Of a stretch of DNA of 64,000 nucleotides, positions 1 through 9,657 are shown piece by piece. The translations under genes and the position numbers were made by a program. Each line of letters opens with the position of its first letter. The first letter of the stretch is position 1. Source of the DNA: Clostridia bacterium (GTDB lineage Bacteria; Bacillota; Clostridia; CAKSNL01; HGM11501). The notes beneath the pieces were generated by a model that had not been told where the DNA came from, searched no databases, and saw only the letters and a program-made list of their open reading frames with translations. Location: positions 48,963 through 112,962 of the forward strand of contig JAZNEB010000024.1 in NCBI GenBank assembly GCA_045588365.1. The letters run 5' to 3'.

Positions 1-96
1 TATACGGAAGAAACAAGAAAAATCCAGCCCGAAAAAGCATTTTATTTAAATGCAGGCTATATCATAGACTGTATGATTAAGGAATAGTGCAAAAAT

Positions 97-128
97 AAAA
101 CCCGCCGTTCGGCGGGTTTTATTTTATT
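97..128. terminator. Rho-independent terminator hairpin (cccgcc-gttc-ggcggg + T-run) downstream of the minus-strand AraC gene
   Basis: GC stem 101-116 followed by tttt/attttatt; A-run upstream makes it bidirectional. Confidence 0.6.
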
Positions 129-949
129 ACCGATTTTTCATATACGCTGGGGGACATTCCCGTTCTTTGCTTAAAGCTCCTTGTAAAATGGTGTATGCTT
201 CCGTAGCCCAGTTTATCGGCTATCTGGGTGAAATTAAGTTCTTCCTTTCTTATTAAATGCTTGGCTTCTTTAATTTTCAGCTCTATATAATAGTCAATTA
301 TTCCTCTGCCCGTTTCACTTTTGAAGAGCCTTGAAAGATAGGACTTACTCATATTGTAATGAGCGCAAATATCCATAAGAGAAAGATTTTCATATATATT
401 TTCCGAAAGATAGTCCTTAATTGAATCCACAAAGGCATTTTCAATGTTCTTTTTTGCTTTACTTGACTCTTTTCCCTCTTTTTCCAAGGTTGGCTTTTCC
501 CTTAAGAGTGTTATCAGAAACTGTTCAAGATGTAACCCGCCAAGCTGAAAAGCATCTGTTTTCCCCTCTTTCCATCCAAACATTTCCTCTAAAAAAAGAG
601 AGAGTATTTTTTTATGATGCCCCGAAAGAGAAAATATCTTATTAGCAAAATAGCTCATGGCGGGACTTTTACATTCAAAGGAAGTTACCATAACATTGTG
701 AGGGTTTCCACCCGTGGAAGTAAAGGCGTGAAACTCCATGGGCTTATGAAAAATTACATCGCCCTGGGATAAAAGATAGCCTGTATTTTCCGCAACCACG
801 GAAATTTCCCCTTTATCAACATAAACCATCTCCCAGAAGTCGTGCCTTTCCCCGCTGAAACAGAAATTCTTTCCGTGCTCAAAATAGAAAAAACTGTAAA
901 ATCCCTTTATGTCTATAATCTTCTCAATCCGAGCTAATTTAAAAGCCAT
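119..949 (-). CDS. AraC family transcriptional regulator (cupin N-domain + AraC HTH C-domain)
   Basis: 276 aa; C-terminal AraC-type HTH (SYLSRLFK...GMSPSVY); N-terminal cupin-like region. Confidence 0.8.
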   Translation of the reverse strand: MAFKLARIEKIIDIKGFYSFFYFEHGKNFCFSGERHDFWEMVYVDKGEISVVAENTGYLLSQGDVIFHKPMEFHAFTSTGGNPHNVMVTSFECKSPAMSYFANKIFSLSGHHKKILSLFLEEMFGWKEGKTDAFQLGGLHLEQFLITLLREKPTLEKEGKESSKAKKNIENAFVDSIKDYLSENIYENLSLMDICAHYNMSKSYLSRLFKSETGRGIIDYYIELKIKEAKHLIRKEELNFTQIADKLGYGSIHHFTRSFKQRTGMSPSVYEKSVIK

Positions 950-1093
950 AAATACACCTCATACACTATATGTTAAATTTTTTCCACAATAATCCAAAGA
1001 CATACCGTGTTTTTAGTTATATACTGAAAACGCAAAGACGATTTTGCAAACAGTATATCACATAAAAAATATTTGTCAATGGGGAGTGTTATT

Positions 1094-1927
1094 ATGAAAC
1101 TGGCAATACAAAACACATCTTTTCCGGCAGGCTGGAGTTTAGAGGAAATCTTTTCTGCAACGTCCTCTGCGGGCTTTTCGGGAATCGAGCTTTCCTTCGA
1201 TTCAAAGGGAAAGGTCAGCTTAGAATCTTCCGAGGAAGATTTAAAAGGCGTAAAAGCTCTTGCCGAAAAGTACAACCTTGAGCTTCACAGCCTTACAAGC
1301 GGATTTTACTGGGGCAACTCCATCACGTCAGATGATGGGGAGGTACGCAAAAGAGCCCTGGAATTTTCAAAAAGCCACATAAAAGCCGCAAGTATTTTAA
1401 CCTGTGATACGGTACTTATCGTTCCTGGCTATGTAAGTGTTGATTTTATACCCAACTGCCCGATTGTAGATTATGACAAGGCATACGAAAGAGCGACTGA
1501 ATGGTTAAATGAAGTAAAGTCCGTGGCCGAAGAGTATAAGGTGAATATCGGCATAGAAAATGTATGGAATAATTTCCTTTTATCACCTCTTGAAATGAGG
1601 GATTTTATTGATAAGGCAGATAGCCCCTTTGTAGGCTCCTATTTTGATGTGGGAAACGTCCTTAAAACAGGCTACCCCCAGCAGTGGATTAAAATTCTTG
1701 GAAGCCGTATTAAAAAGGTGCATCTTAAGGATTACAAAACCAAGGTGGGAACTCTTTCAGGCTTTGTTGATCTTTTATCCGGAGATGTAAATTATCCTTT
1801 AGTTATTTCTGCATTAAAGGAAATCGGCTACGACGGCTATCTCACAGCTGAAATTCCTTTTAATCCAAATTATCCTTTAGTAAGTCTTAAAAATATGTAC
1901 GAAACCATGAGTGCACTCATAAAATAG
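1094..1927 (+). CDS. Sugar phosphate isomerase/epimerase (xylose isomerase-like TIM barrel)
   Basis: ORF 1073..1927; preferred start ATG 1094 preceded by GGGGAG RBS; TIM-barrel AP-endonuclease/xylose-isomerase-like sequence features. Confidence 0.7.
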   Translation: MKLAIQNTSFPAGWSLEEIFSATSSAGFSGIELSFDSKGKVSLESSEEDLKGVKALAEKYNLELHSLTSGFYWGNSITSDDGEVRKRALEFSKSHIKAASILTCDTVLIVPGYVSVDFIPNCPIVDYDKAYERATEWLNEVKSVAEEYKVNIGIENVWNNFLLSPLEMRDFIDKADSPFVGSYFDVGNVLKTGYPQQWIKILGSRIKKVHLKDYKTKVGTLSGFVDLLSGDVNYPLVISALKEIGYDGYLTAEIPFNPNYPLVSLKNMYETMSALIK

Positions 1928-1937
1928 GAGGATTATC

Positions 1938-2939
1938 ATGAATTATGCAATTATTGGCTATGGCGGTATCGGAAAATGTCATTTCGGAAATAAAGAGGAA
2001 ATAAAAAAAGCTCATCCCGATGTTAATCTTGTTGCTATATGCGACATAAACCCTGACAAATTCAAATCCAACGTTTCAACAAATTTGGGAAACGATACAA
2101 CTTCACTTAATTTTGCAGAATATAACACCTACACCGATGTTGAGGAAATGCTTAAAAAGGAAAAGCTTGATTTTGTTATTGCGGCAGTTCCCACTTTCCT
2201 GCATGATGAAATTTCCATCAGGGTTATGAAAAAAGGCGTCAATGTTCTTTGTGAAAAGCCCATGGCTATTTCAGTGGAAAGAGCGAAAAATATACTTTAT
2301 GCCTCTAAGGAATACGGCGTAAAGCTTATGATAGGTCAGTGTGTCCGTTTCTTCCCTGCCTACGAAAAGCTTAAGGAAATTATAGACAGTAAAAAGTACG
2401 GAAAGGTTGTAAAAGCCGAATTTCGAAGATTAAGTGCATCCCCTCTGTGGAGCTGGGAAAACTGGTACATGGACGGAAGCAAAAGCGGAGGCGCTGCATT
2501 GGATTTGCACGTTCATGATGTTGACTTTATAAACTATCTTTTCGGCAAGCCGAAGGCAGTAAGTTCTGTTGGCACAAATTATATTTGTGAGCACGACTCT
2601 ATAACCACCATTTATGACTATGATGATTTGGCGGTAGTTGCCACAGGCGACTGGGGTCTTCCCGGAAAATTCCCCTTCTCCCCCTCTTTTATCGTAAGAT
2701 TTGAAAAGGGTGCTGTCTTAATGGAAGGCGGTAAATTCAAAATTTATACCTCTGAAAGCGTTGAGGAAGTGGAGCTTGAAAAACACAGCGGTTATGCAAA
2801 AGAGGTAATCGATTTCATAAACTGTATCAAGGAAAATCGTGAGAGCGAAGTAAATCCCCCCGAAGAATCTCTTGTAACATTGGAAATTGCTCTTGCAGAA
2901 AAGGAATCTGCAAACCGTAACGAAAAAGTGATTTTATAA
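1938..2939 (+). CDS. Gfo/Idh/MocA family oxidoreductase (ThuB-like NAD-binding Rossmann + C-terminal alpha/beta)
   Basis: 333 aa; N-terminal IGYGGIGK Rossmann motif, EKP motif typical of Gfo/Idh/MocA. Confidence 0.8.
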   Translation: MNYAIIGYGGIGKCHFGNKEEIKKAHPDVNLVAICDINPDKFKSNVSTNLGNDTTSLNFAEYNTYTDVEEMLKKEKLDFVIAAVPTFLHDEISIRVMKKGVNVLCEKPMAISVERAKNILYASKEYGVKLMIGQCVRFFPAYEKLKEIIDSKKYGKVVKAEFRRLSASPLWSWENWYMDGSKSGGAALDLHVHDVDFINYLFGKPKAVSSVGTNYICEHDSITTIYDYDDLAVVATGDWGLPGKFPFSPSFIVRFEKGAVLMEGGKFKIYTSESVEEVELEKHSGYAKEVIDFINCIKENRESEVNPPEESLVTLEIALAEKESANRNEKVIL

Positions 2940-2941
2940 AT

Positions 2942-3036
2942 AAAAATTGCCTCGGACAAGTTCGAATCACTTTTTATTTTGCCAACAAAAAAACCGCCCA
3001 AAGGCGGCTTTTTTCTTGGCGTTCCCGAGGTGATTC
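2942..3036. repeat. Copy 1 of a 95-bp tandem repeat carrying a terminator hairpin and the 3'-terminal 20 nt of tRNA-Arg
   Basis: 95/95 identical to 3085..3179 except one c/g mismatch; ends with tggcgttcccgaggtgattc = revcomp of tRNA-Arg T-arm/acceptor/CCA. Confidence 0.85.
2986..3017. terminator. Rho-independent terminator (ccgcc-caaa-ggcgg + T6) inside repeat copy 1, downstream of Gfo/Idh/MocA gene
   Basis: A7-ccgcccaaaggcgg-cttttttctt; bidirectional. Confidence 0.65.
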
Positions 3037-3084
3037 TATGCAGGACTTTTCGTCCTGCACCCCGGCATTTTTCTCCTTCGGAGC

Positions 3085-3179
3085 AAAAATTGCCTCGGAC
3101 AAGTTCGAATCACTTTTTATTTTGCCAAGAAAAAAACCGCCCAAAGGCGGCTTTTTTCTTGGCGTTCCCGAGGTGATTC
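3085..3179. repeat. Copy 2 of the 95-bp repeat; its last 20 nt are the genuine 3' end of tRNA-Arg
   Basis: see copy 1; contains second copy of terminator hairpin 3129..3160. Confidence 0.85.
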
Positions 3180-3236
3180 GAACACCCGACCTACCGCTTA
3201 GGAGGCGGTCGCTCTATCCTGCTGAGCTACGGAAAC
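3160..3236 (-). tRNA. tRNA-Arg (anticodon CCT)
   Basis: Minus-strand read GTTTCCGTAGCTCAGCAGGATAGAGCGACCGCCTCCTAAGCGGTAGGTCGGGTGTTCGAATCACCTCGGGAACGCCA: 7-bp acceptor, D-arm, anticodon loop CTCCTAA, TPsiC loop TTCGAAT, CCA encoded. Confidence 0.85.
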
Positions 3237-3250
3237 ATAAACCATTAGAT

Positions 3251-3279
3251 ATTGTACCCCACGGTAAAGCTTTTGTCAA
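3251..3279 (-). promoter_or_regulatory. Sigma-A promoter for tRNA-Arg (TTGACA-17-TACAAT)
   Basis: revcomp of 3274-3279 = TTGACA, 17-nt spacer, revcomp of 3251-3256 = TACAAT; ~14 nt upstream of tRNA 5' end. Confidence 0.65.
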
Positions 3280-3318
3280 GAAGTTTCCCTTCCTTTTTTC
3301 TTTTCTCCAAAACTTATG

Positions 3319-3347
3319 TTGCAAAATGTGGCATATTATGGTATACT
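3319..3347 (+). promoter_or_regulatory. Sigma-A promoter for sufC-sufB/D operon (TTGCAA-17-TATACT with TG extension)
   Basis: ttgcaa 3319-3324, 17-nt spacer, tggtatact 3339-3347; ~65 nt upstream of sufC ATG. Confidence 0.55.
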
Positions 3348-3412
3348 AAAGTGATTAGTGGGAATTATTTAAATATCCATTATTTCTGACAATCACAAAA
3401 GAAAGGATAGAT

Positions 3413-4162
3413 ATGATGCTTGAACTCAAAAATCTTTCTTTCGAGGTTTCGGGCGAAAACTCCAAAAAGAAAATTATAGATAACATAAATCTCACCTTGG
3501 ACAGCGGGAAATTTGCCGTTATAACAGGTCCCAACGGCGGCGGTAAATCCACCCTTGCCAAGCTCATTATGGGTATCGAAAAGCCCACGGGCGGTAAAAT
3601 ATTTTTTGACGGAACCGATATAACCGACCTTTCTGTTACCGAGCGTGCCAATTTAGGCATAAGCTTCGCTTTTCAGCAGCCCGTACGTTTCAAGGGCATC
3701 GACGTTTTGGACCTTATGCGTCTTTCTGCAAAAAGACAGCTTTCTGTTTCCGACGCCTGCGAATATCTTTCTGCCGTTGGTCTTTGTGCAAAGGACTACA
3801 TCAACCGTGAAATCAATGCAAGTCTTTCGGGCGGCGAGCTTAAAAGAATTGAAATTGCCTCTGTCTTAGCCCGTGGCACACGCCTTTCTCTTTTTGATGA
3901 GCCTGAGGCAGGTATTGACCTCTGGAGCTTCAAAAACTTAATCGGCGTTTTTGAAAGAATGAGAAACAACATTAAAGACGGTACAATTTTAGTTATTCCC
4001 CATCAGGAGAGAATTCTTAATATTGCCGATGAAATCATCATTGTTGCCGACGGAAAGGTTGAAAAGCGTGGCAACTCAAGTGATGTTTTAACCGATATAT
4101 TAAAAACCGCAGATAAGGGCTTCTGCGAAAGATTAGAGAACGGAGGAAATGAAAATGCTTGA
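3413..4162 (+). CDS. sufC: Fe-S cluster assembly ATPase SufC
   Basis: 249 aa; Walker A GPNGGGKST, ABC signature LSGGE, Walker B LFDEPEAGID; SufC-type soluble ABC ATPase followed by SufB/D homolog. Confidence 0.8.
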   Translation: MMLELKNLSFEVSGENSKKKIIDNINLTLDSGKFAVITGPNGGGKSTLAKLIMGIEKPTGGKIFFDGTDITDLSVTERANLGISFAFQQPVRFKGIDVLDLMRLSAKRQLSVSDACEYLSAVGLCAKDYINREINASLSGGELKRIEIASVLARGTRLSLFDEPEAGIDLWSFKNLIGVFERMRNNIKDGTILVIPHQERILNIADEIIIVADGKVEKRGNSSDVLTDILKTADKGFCERLENGGNENA

Positions 4163-5075
4163 CGCTATAAAGAAAAATCTTCTCCGTGAAGTGGCAGATT
4201 TGCACGACATTCCCGAGGGCGCTTACAATATAAGGTCCAACGGCTCCTCGGAATCAAGAAACACCACCGCAAATATCGATATTGTAAATAAAACCGATGT
4301 CAGCGGTATCGACATTTATATAAAACCGGGCACTAAAAAGGAAAGCGTGCATATCCCCGTAATTTTAAGTGAAAGCGGAATTAAAGAAACCGTCTATAAC
4401 GACTTTCATATAGGCGAAGATGCGGATGTTGTAATTATCGCAGGCTGCGGAATTCACAACTGCGGAAATCAGGACTCCTCCCACGACGGAATTCACCGCT
4501 TTTTCCTCTCTAAAAACGCCCATGTAAAATACGTTGAAAAGCACTACGGCGAGGGAGACGGTAACGGAAAACGCATATTCAATCCCACCACCGAGGTTAC
4601 CATGGAGGAAGGCTCTTCCCTTGAGATGGAAATGGTGCAGATTAAGGGCGTTGACTCCACAATAAGAAAGTCCACCGTTAAAATGGCATCAGGCTCCCGC
4701 CTTTTGGTAAGAGAGCGTTTAATGACTCACGGAGAGCAGACAGCCATAAGCGACTATGTGGTTGAATTAAACGGAGAGGGTGCTTCTGCCGATGTGGTTT
4801 CCCGTTCCGTGGCAAAGGACAACTCCTACCAGAAGTTTGACTCTGAAATTATCGGAAACGGTCCTTGCACAGGTCATACTGAGTGCGACGCCATTATTAT
4901 GGATAACGCCAGGGTTGTGGCTGTTCCGTCTCTTACTGCAAACAACATTGACGCTTCATTGATTCACGAGGCGGCAATCGGCAAAATTGCAGGAGAACAG
5001 CTTATAAAGCTTATGACCTTAGGTCTCACCGAAGCCGAAGCCGAAGAACAGATTGTAAACGGATTTTTGAAATAA
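4155..5075 (+). CDS. Fe-S cluster assembly protein, SufB/SufD family (short SufBD form)
   Basis: ORF 4149..5075; preferred ATG 4155 (GGAGG 8 nt upstream); SufBD-like beta-helix C-terminal region; overlaps sufC stop. Confidence 0.7.
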   Translation: MLDAIKKNLLREVADLHDIPEGAYNIRSNGSSESRNTTANIDIVNKTDVSGIDIYIKPGTKKESVHIPVILSESGIKETVYNDFHIGEDADVVIIAGCGIHNCGNQDSSHDGIHRFFLSKNAHVKYVEKHYGEGDGNGKRIFNPTTEVTMEEGSSLEMEMVQIKGVDSTIRKSTVKMASGSRLLVRERLMTHGEQTAISDYVVELNGEGASADVVSRSVAKDNSYQKFDSEIIGNGPCTGHTECDAIIMDNARVVAVPSLTANNIDASLIHEAAIGKIAGEQLIKLMTLGLTEAEAEEQIVNGFLK

Positions 5076-5077
5076 AA

Positions 5078-5107
5078 AATAAAAGGTGGCATATGCCACC
5101 TTTTTAT
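5078..5107. terminator. Bidirectional terminator (ggtggcatatgccacc + T5) between convergent sufB/D and GH13 genes
   Basis: perfect 7-bp stem, A-run before and T-run after. Confidence 0.7.
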
Positions 5108-6402
5108 ATTTCTGCCGCTGCAAAGCCAAGAGGCGAGATTTTTATCTCGTCTTTTTCTGTTTTTGTTCCTCTTTCAATTATCATCTTTTTTATTCCGTCT
5201 GTCTTTATTGTTTTTTCTTCTTTCCCGAAGTTTATGGAAACTAAAATCCTTTTCTCTCCTTTAATTCTCTCAAAGGCAAGTAATTCCCCTTTATTTTCCT
5301 CTCTTAAAATAAGCTCTCCGTCATATAAAAGAGGATAGTTCATTCTCATTTTATTAAGTTCTTTCATTAAGGCAAGACGGCTCTGTCCCTCCACACTCAT
5401 GGCGTTGGACCAGTCTATTCCTATGTTCTTACCTGAGAATCTGTTAGAGAACATATTCTGTGTTCCCCTATCCAAAATTTCATTTCCGTTCCATATAAAG
5501 GGAACTCCGTCAACGGTGTATATAAGAAAATAGCATAAGTCTGTTATTTCGTGAGGATAAATCAAATCCATACGTCTTTCCTTGTGGTCGCTTGCCAGAT
5601 CGTGGCTTTCAAAAAGGTTAAGATGCTTATAACCAACTGAGGTAGTGAATTCCAGTGTCTTTTTAAAGGCCTCTGCCTTATCCTCCGAGTCCATAAAGGC
5701 GTGCCAGCCCATTCCTCCAAAAGCAGTACATCTGTAAGAAAGGTCGAAAACCCCGCTATTTACAAATTCGGGAGCTATTCCCTCATCAATCATAACAAGA
5801 TTTTCATTTATCTTCCTGCATCTTTTAATGCCCTCTTCCCAGAAATCCAGAGGTATGGCATCTCCCACATCGCACCTGAAGCCGTCAACCTTGTATTCTT
5901 TTAAGAAAAGCTCCATATTGGAGTAAAGATATTCCCTGACTTCATTATTTTCATAGTTTATTCTTGCGAAAGGCCAGTTGGCACCTACTAATGGCTTTCC
6001 GTCCTCATCCTGCTTCACCCAATCGGGATGCTCCTTTAAGAAAACCGCATTGACTCCGCAGTGAAGATATACAAGGTCGAACATTACCTTAAGTCCTTCC
6101 CTGTGTGCCTCGCATACAAAATCCAAAAGGTCTGAATTATCACCGTATTCCTCATCCACATTGAAATAATCCGCCATTTTATAGGGGTTTTTGGGGTTGT
6201 CTGCACCCGATGCAATTTGCCTGGGACTCCAGGTTGCTCTGTTTAAGTCAGCATCTGCCATCCATACGGGGCAAAGATAAATCCAGTTTACTCCAAGCTC
6301 CTTTATGTGATGGAGCATCTTTTTTGCAGCGTTAAGTGTTCCGTCAGGAGTTAATGCTCTTAGGGATATCTGATAAAGTATCCTATTTTCCACAAAAATC
6401 AC
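5104..6402 (-). CDS. Glycoside hydrolase family 13 (alpha-amylase family) enzyme, cytoplasmic
   Basis: 432 aa; GH13 conserved regions (DLVYLHCG, GFRCDVGD, EGI..., FESHD); no signal peptide. Confidence 0.8.
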   Translation of the reverse strand: MIFVENRILYQISLRALTPDGTLNAAKKMLHHIKELGVNWIYLCPVWMADADLNRATWSPRQIASGADNPKNPYKMADYFNVDEEYGDNSDLLDFVCEAHREGLKVMFDLVYLHCGVNAVFLKEHPDWVKQDEDGKPLVGANWPFARINYENNEVREYLYSNMELFLKEYKVDGFRCDVGDAIPLDFWEEGIKRCRKINENLVMIDEGIAPEFVNSGVFDLSYRCTAFGGMGWHAFMDSEDKAEAFKKTLEFTTSVGYKHLNLFESHDLASDHKERRMDLIYPHEITDLCYFLIYTVDGVPFIWNGNEILDRGTQNMFSNRFSGKNIGIDWSNAMSVEGQSRLALMKELNKMRMNYPLLYDGELILREENKGELLAFERIKGEKRILVSINFGKEEKTIKTDGIKKMIIERGTKTEKDEIKISPLGFAAAEI

Positions 6403-6524
6403 CTCGAATTCATATTAACCCAAAAAAATCACTTTTTCAAGGCTTATTATCGCAACAAGGTTTGATTTTCGCAACTTGATTTTATGTATATTTCGTGTTA
6501 TTATGTCTAAAAGAGGTGATTTTT

Positions 6525-7268
6525 GTGCGGTCTTATGTAACTTCCTTTCTGGGTGCTTTTACAAATATGCGAAAAAAAGGGGCTTTCCCTACAAATCCCA
6601 GGCCTTTCTCGGTGGTGAGCCTCCGCATACGGGGAAACGCCGTATTTTATGAAGAGAACAACACTACCTATGTTTCAGAGGGTGATGTTTTATTTGTTCC
6701 GGAAAACACCGCCTACTGGCAGGAATGTGATACGGATGACGAGGTTATTGCAATTCATCTTACATTGGATAAGCCTCTTTCTTCTAATATTTTCAAAATC
6801 TCTCCCGAAAACTTCCAATCGGTTCTTCCCCTTTTTAAAAAACTGGAGAAAATGTATGGAGAAAATAAAGAGGCAAACCATTTTGTCTGCCTCTCCCTGC
6901 TATATGAAATATTAAGCCTGTTTGATGAAAAAAATACTGCCGACCTTCCCCCTACACTGCTAAAAGCTGTTTCGGTTATTGATAAAAACTATATGAATCC
7001 CGATTTTTCTGTTTTTTCCCTTTCTGAAAAGCTTGGGGTAAGTCAGGCATACCTGAGACTTTTATTTAATAAACACCTTTCTACTTCACCCAACGCCTAT
7101 ATCCGCAGCTTAAGATTTAAAAGAGCCAAGGAGCTTTTATCCTCTAATTATTACTCTGTAAGTGAAGCTTCAATCATGTCAGGCTTTGCCAATGAAAAAA
7201 ACTTTTCCACCGCATTTCGTAAAGAGTTTGGCAAAACGCCCTCCGAATTTAAAAAATCCGCCCTTTGA
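6525..7268 (+). CDS. AraC family transcriptional regulator
   Basis: ORF 6495..7268; likely GTG start 6525 with AGAGGTG RBS; C-terminal AraC HTH (NYMNPDFSVFSLSEKLGVSQAYLRLLF...). Confidence 0.7.
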   Translation: MRSYVTSFLGAFTNMRKKGAFPTNPRPFSVVSLRIRGNAVFYEENNTTYVSEGDVLFVPENTAYWQECDTDDEVIAIHLTLDKPLSSNIFKISPENFQSVLPLFKKLEKMYGENKEANHFVCLSLLYEILSLFDEKNTADLPPTLLKAVSVIDKNYMNPDFSVFSLSEKLGVSQAYLRLLFNKHLSTSPNAYIRSLRFKRAKELLSSNYYSVSEASIMSGFANEKNFSTAFRKEFGKTPSEFKKSAL

Positions 7269-7439
7269 TTTAAAAAAGAAAAGCACCGCATTCTGGCAAA
7301 TACGATGCTTAAGGAGGGAAATAAAAATATGTATTAACTTGCTACAAGCATATTATAGCACCCAAAAACAAAGATTGCAATACTCAATTTAGTAGAAATG
7401 CACTAATAGTTTAAATATTTTTTGTGCAATATGCACAAA

Positions 7440-8663
7440 TCATTCCCCGCTATTTTCTATCAAATCCTTTAATACAAGATAAATCCCTGCTGTCCAACCC
7501 AACATTTCAGGCATTTTATACTCGTCCTTAACGTTGGTTGTTCCTTCCACAACATTATATTTCTCCCATAGTGCTCCTGTCTTTTCATTGATGTCCTCAA
7601 TAGCCTTCACATATTTGCATGCAATTCTTAATGCATCTTCCTTATAGCCATAACGCATCAGGGCGAAAACCACAATATAATGAAGGGGAGCCCATCCGTT
7701 GGGATAATCCCACTGATATACGGCGTTACGCTTTCCGTTTTCACAAACCGCAACACCAAATTCACACTCCAATCTATGAAGCTCTGCTACGGTTGATTCA
7801 GCCTGCTCTTTGGTGGCAATTCCTGCCCATAAGGGATAGAAGGATGCACAGGAAAAAATTTCAGAATGCTTTTTTTCCTTAAAGTTATAGTCCAGGAAAA
7901 CCTTGCCGTCAAACATCAATTCCTGCATAAGTGTATATCTTTTTTCTGCCCTTTTTTTCCATTCTTCTTCCTGGGGAAGTCCAAGCTCCCTGGCAAAATA
8001 CTCCATGTTATGCTCGTAAGAATACAAAATACTGTTTAAGTCAACCTTGTTAAAGGACGCTTGCTTCATTTCACATCTGGGATTAAAATCCCATCCGCTT
8101 TCTGCATCACTCATAACGTTATCAACAATGTCATAATCACTCATACCGCTAAAATCAAGCCCCGGAAGTCTTTTTCTTATCATATCGGCATAAGCTTTAA
8201 TATTACCCTCGTCCATATTATAACCATAACGGGCAAGTCCTGTTTCTGTAGTACGCTTAGCTTCCCAGAAGGAATATTCCTTGCATAAAATGCCGTAAGC
8301 CATAAAAAGCCACACCTTATCACGATAAATCCCGTACAAGTCCTTTACCATTTCACTTAAAAAGGGAGGCTGGCTTCTTCCAAGCAACGCCACATTGCTT
8401 CCGTTGGGCATATAACCGAATTTATCAACCATGTAAAACATATTTTCAACCGTACTTTTAACCAAAGCTTCTCTGCCGCAAAGATAAAGACCTTTAGAAG
8501 CAAAAAAGGTATCCCAGTAAAACATATCCTGAAAAGCATCTTTAATGGACGGTACAAAATATTCATAGGGCAGTCCCATATGAGTACCCTTATCTTCCCT
8601 TTCAAGTCTTACGGTGTTATCCCAATTTTTTTTAATAAAATCTCTCAATCCCATATTATCCAT
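7440..8663 (-). CDS. GH37-like trehalase family glycoside hydrolase
   Basis: 407 aa; motifs FQDMFYWDTFF (trehalase signature-1-like), AESGWDFNPR, QWDYPNGWAPL (matches trehalase signature 2 QWDxPx[GAV]W[PAS]P). Confidence 0.65.
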   Translation of the reverse strand: MDNMGLRDFIKKNWDNTVRLEREDKGTHMGLPYEYFVPSIKDAFQDMFYWDTFFASKGLYLCGREALVKSTVENMFYMVDKFGYMPNGSNVALLGRSQPPFLSEMVKDLYGIYRDKVWLFMAYGILCKEYSFWEAKRTTETGLARYGYNMDEGNIKAYADMIRKRLPGLDFSGMSDYDIVDNVMSDAESGWDFNPRCEMKQASFNKVDLNSILYSYEHNMEYFARELGLPQEEEWKKRAEKRYTLMQELMFDGKVFLDYNFKEKKHSEIFSCASFYPLWAGIATKEQAESTVAELHRLECEFGVAVCENGKRNAVYQWDYPNGWAPLHYIVVFALMRYGYKEDALRIACKYVKAIEDINEKTGALWEKYNVVEGTTNVKDEYKMPEMLGWTAGIYLVLKDLIENSGE

Positions 8664-8683
8664 CTTTCTTAAGTTAATATTAA

Positions 8684-8722
8684 CACAAGGCGGTACATTA
8701 TTGAAGTACCGCCTTGTATTTA
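8684..8722. terminator. Hairpin terminator (caaggcggtac-loop-gtaccgccttg + T-rich) between GH37 gene and isomerase gene
   Basis: 11-bp perfect stem followed by tatttattt. Confidence 0.5.
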
Positions 8723-8723
8723 T

Positions 8724-9560
8724 TTAAATTCCGTATTTTTCCTTTAAGAACTTTCTGCTTAAGCTTGCAGCTTCAAGGGGAGGCATATCGGGAGATTCAT
8801 CCTGCTCCACAATGAGAGTGTGAATCTTGGATTCCTCTGCTGCCTTTAAGATAGCATCAAAATCCTGTCTTCCCATGCCAAGAGGTCTGAACTTAAATTC
8901 ATTATCCGCCTTGGAGGGCTTTTCGCTTGCATTTCCTTCTGCATCAATAAGCGCATAAGCAGGGCCGCCTGCCAACTCTTTACAGTTAAAGTCCTTAAGA
9001 TGAAGAACGCTTAAGCGGTCAGCATATTTTCTTATGTACTCGGCAGGGTCATAGCCTGCATAGCAAACCCAGCAGGTATCTATCTGGGGATTTAAGATGC
9101 CTTCAAGAACAGAGTAAAGTCTGTCGAAAATTGTCATTCCGTCAATTTTATCAAATTCAAAGTCGTGATTGTGATAAATCATTTCCATACCGGCTTCCTT
9201 TATAGCCTCGCCGTACTTTTTGAAGTTTGAAATGGTTTCGTCCCAGACGGGTGTTCCGTATTCAAGCTTCTCCCTTTCATACCAGGGAATAGCAACATAT
9301 TTAACTCCAAGCTCAGCCATATAGTCGATAATTCCGTTTCCTTCATTTAAGAAAGGATCCATTCCCTGATGAACAGAAACACACTTTAAATCATACTTTG
9401 CTAAAATTTCTTTGATTTCTGCGGCACTTTTTCCGTAAAATCCGGCAAATTCCACATAATCATAGCCCATTTCCTTGACCTTTTTAAGTGTGCCTTCAAA
9501 ATCCTTTGCCATATCGTCTCTTACAGAATAAAGCTGCAGACCAACATTAAACTTTCTCAT
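8724..9560 (-). CDS. Sugar phosphate isomerase/epimerase (xylose isomerase-like TIM barrel)
   Basis: 278 aa; family resemblance to 1094..1927 product; sigma-A promoter TTGAAT-17-TATAAT on minus strand at ~9585-9615. Confidence 0.7.
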   Translation of the reverse strand: MRKFNVGLQLYSVRDDMAKDFEGTLKKVKEMGYDYVEFAGFYGKSAAEIKEILAKYDLKCVSVHQGMDPFLNEGNGIIDYMAELGVKYVAIPWYEREKLEYGTPVWDETISNFKKYGEAIKEAGMEMIYHNHDFEFDKIDGMTIFDRLYSVLEGILNPQIDTCWVCYAGYDPAEYIRKYADRLSVLHLKDFNCKELAGGPAYALIDAEGNASEKPSKADNEFKFRPLGMGRQDFDAILKAAEESKIHTLIVEQDESPDMPPLEAASLSRKFLKEKYGI

Positions 9561-9657
9561 ATAATAAAACTCCTTTTAATAAATTCAAGTTGATTATATC
9601 AAAAATGCCCTCTCAATTCAATAATAATATTGACTTATTTTTGCATTATTTTGACAT

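Noticed and set aside
2942-3179. CRISPR array
   Set aside because: Only two copies of a 95-bp unit separated by a 48-bp spacer, containing a terminator and a tRNA fragment. No cas genes and no short regularly spaced repeats anywhere in the window.
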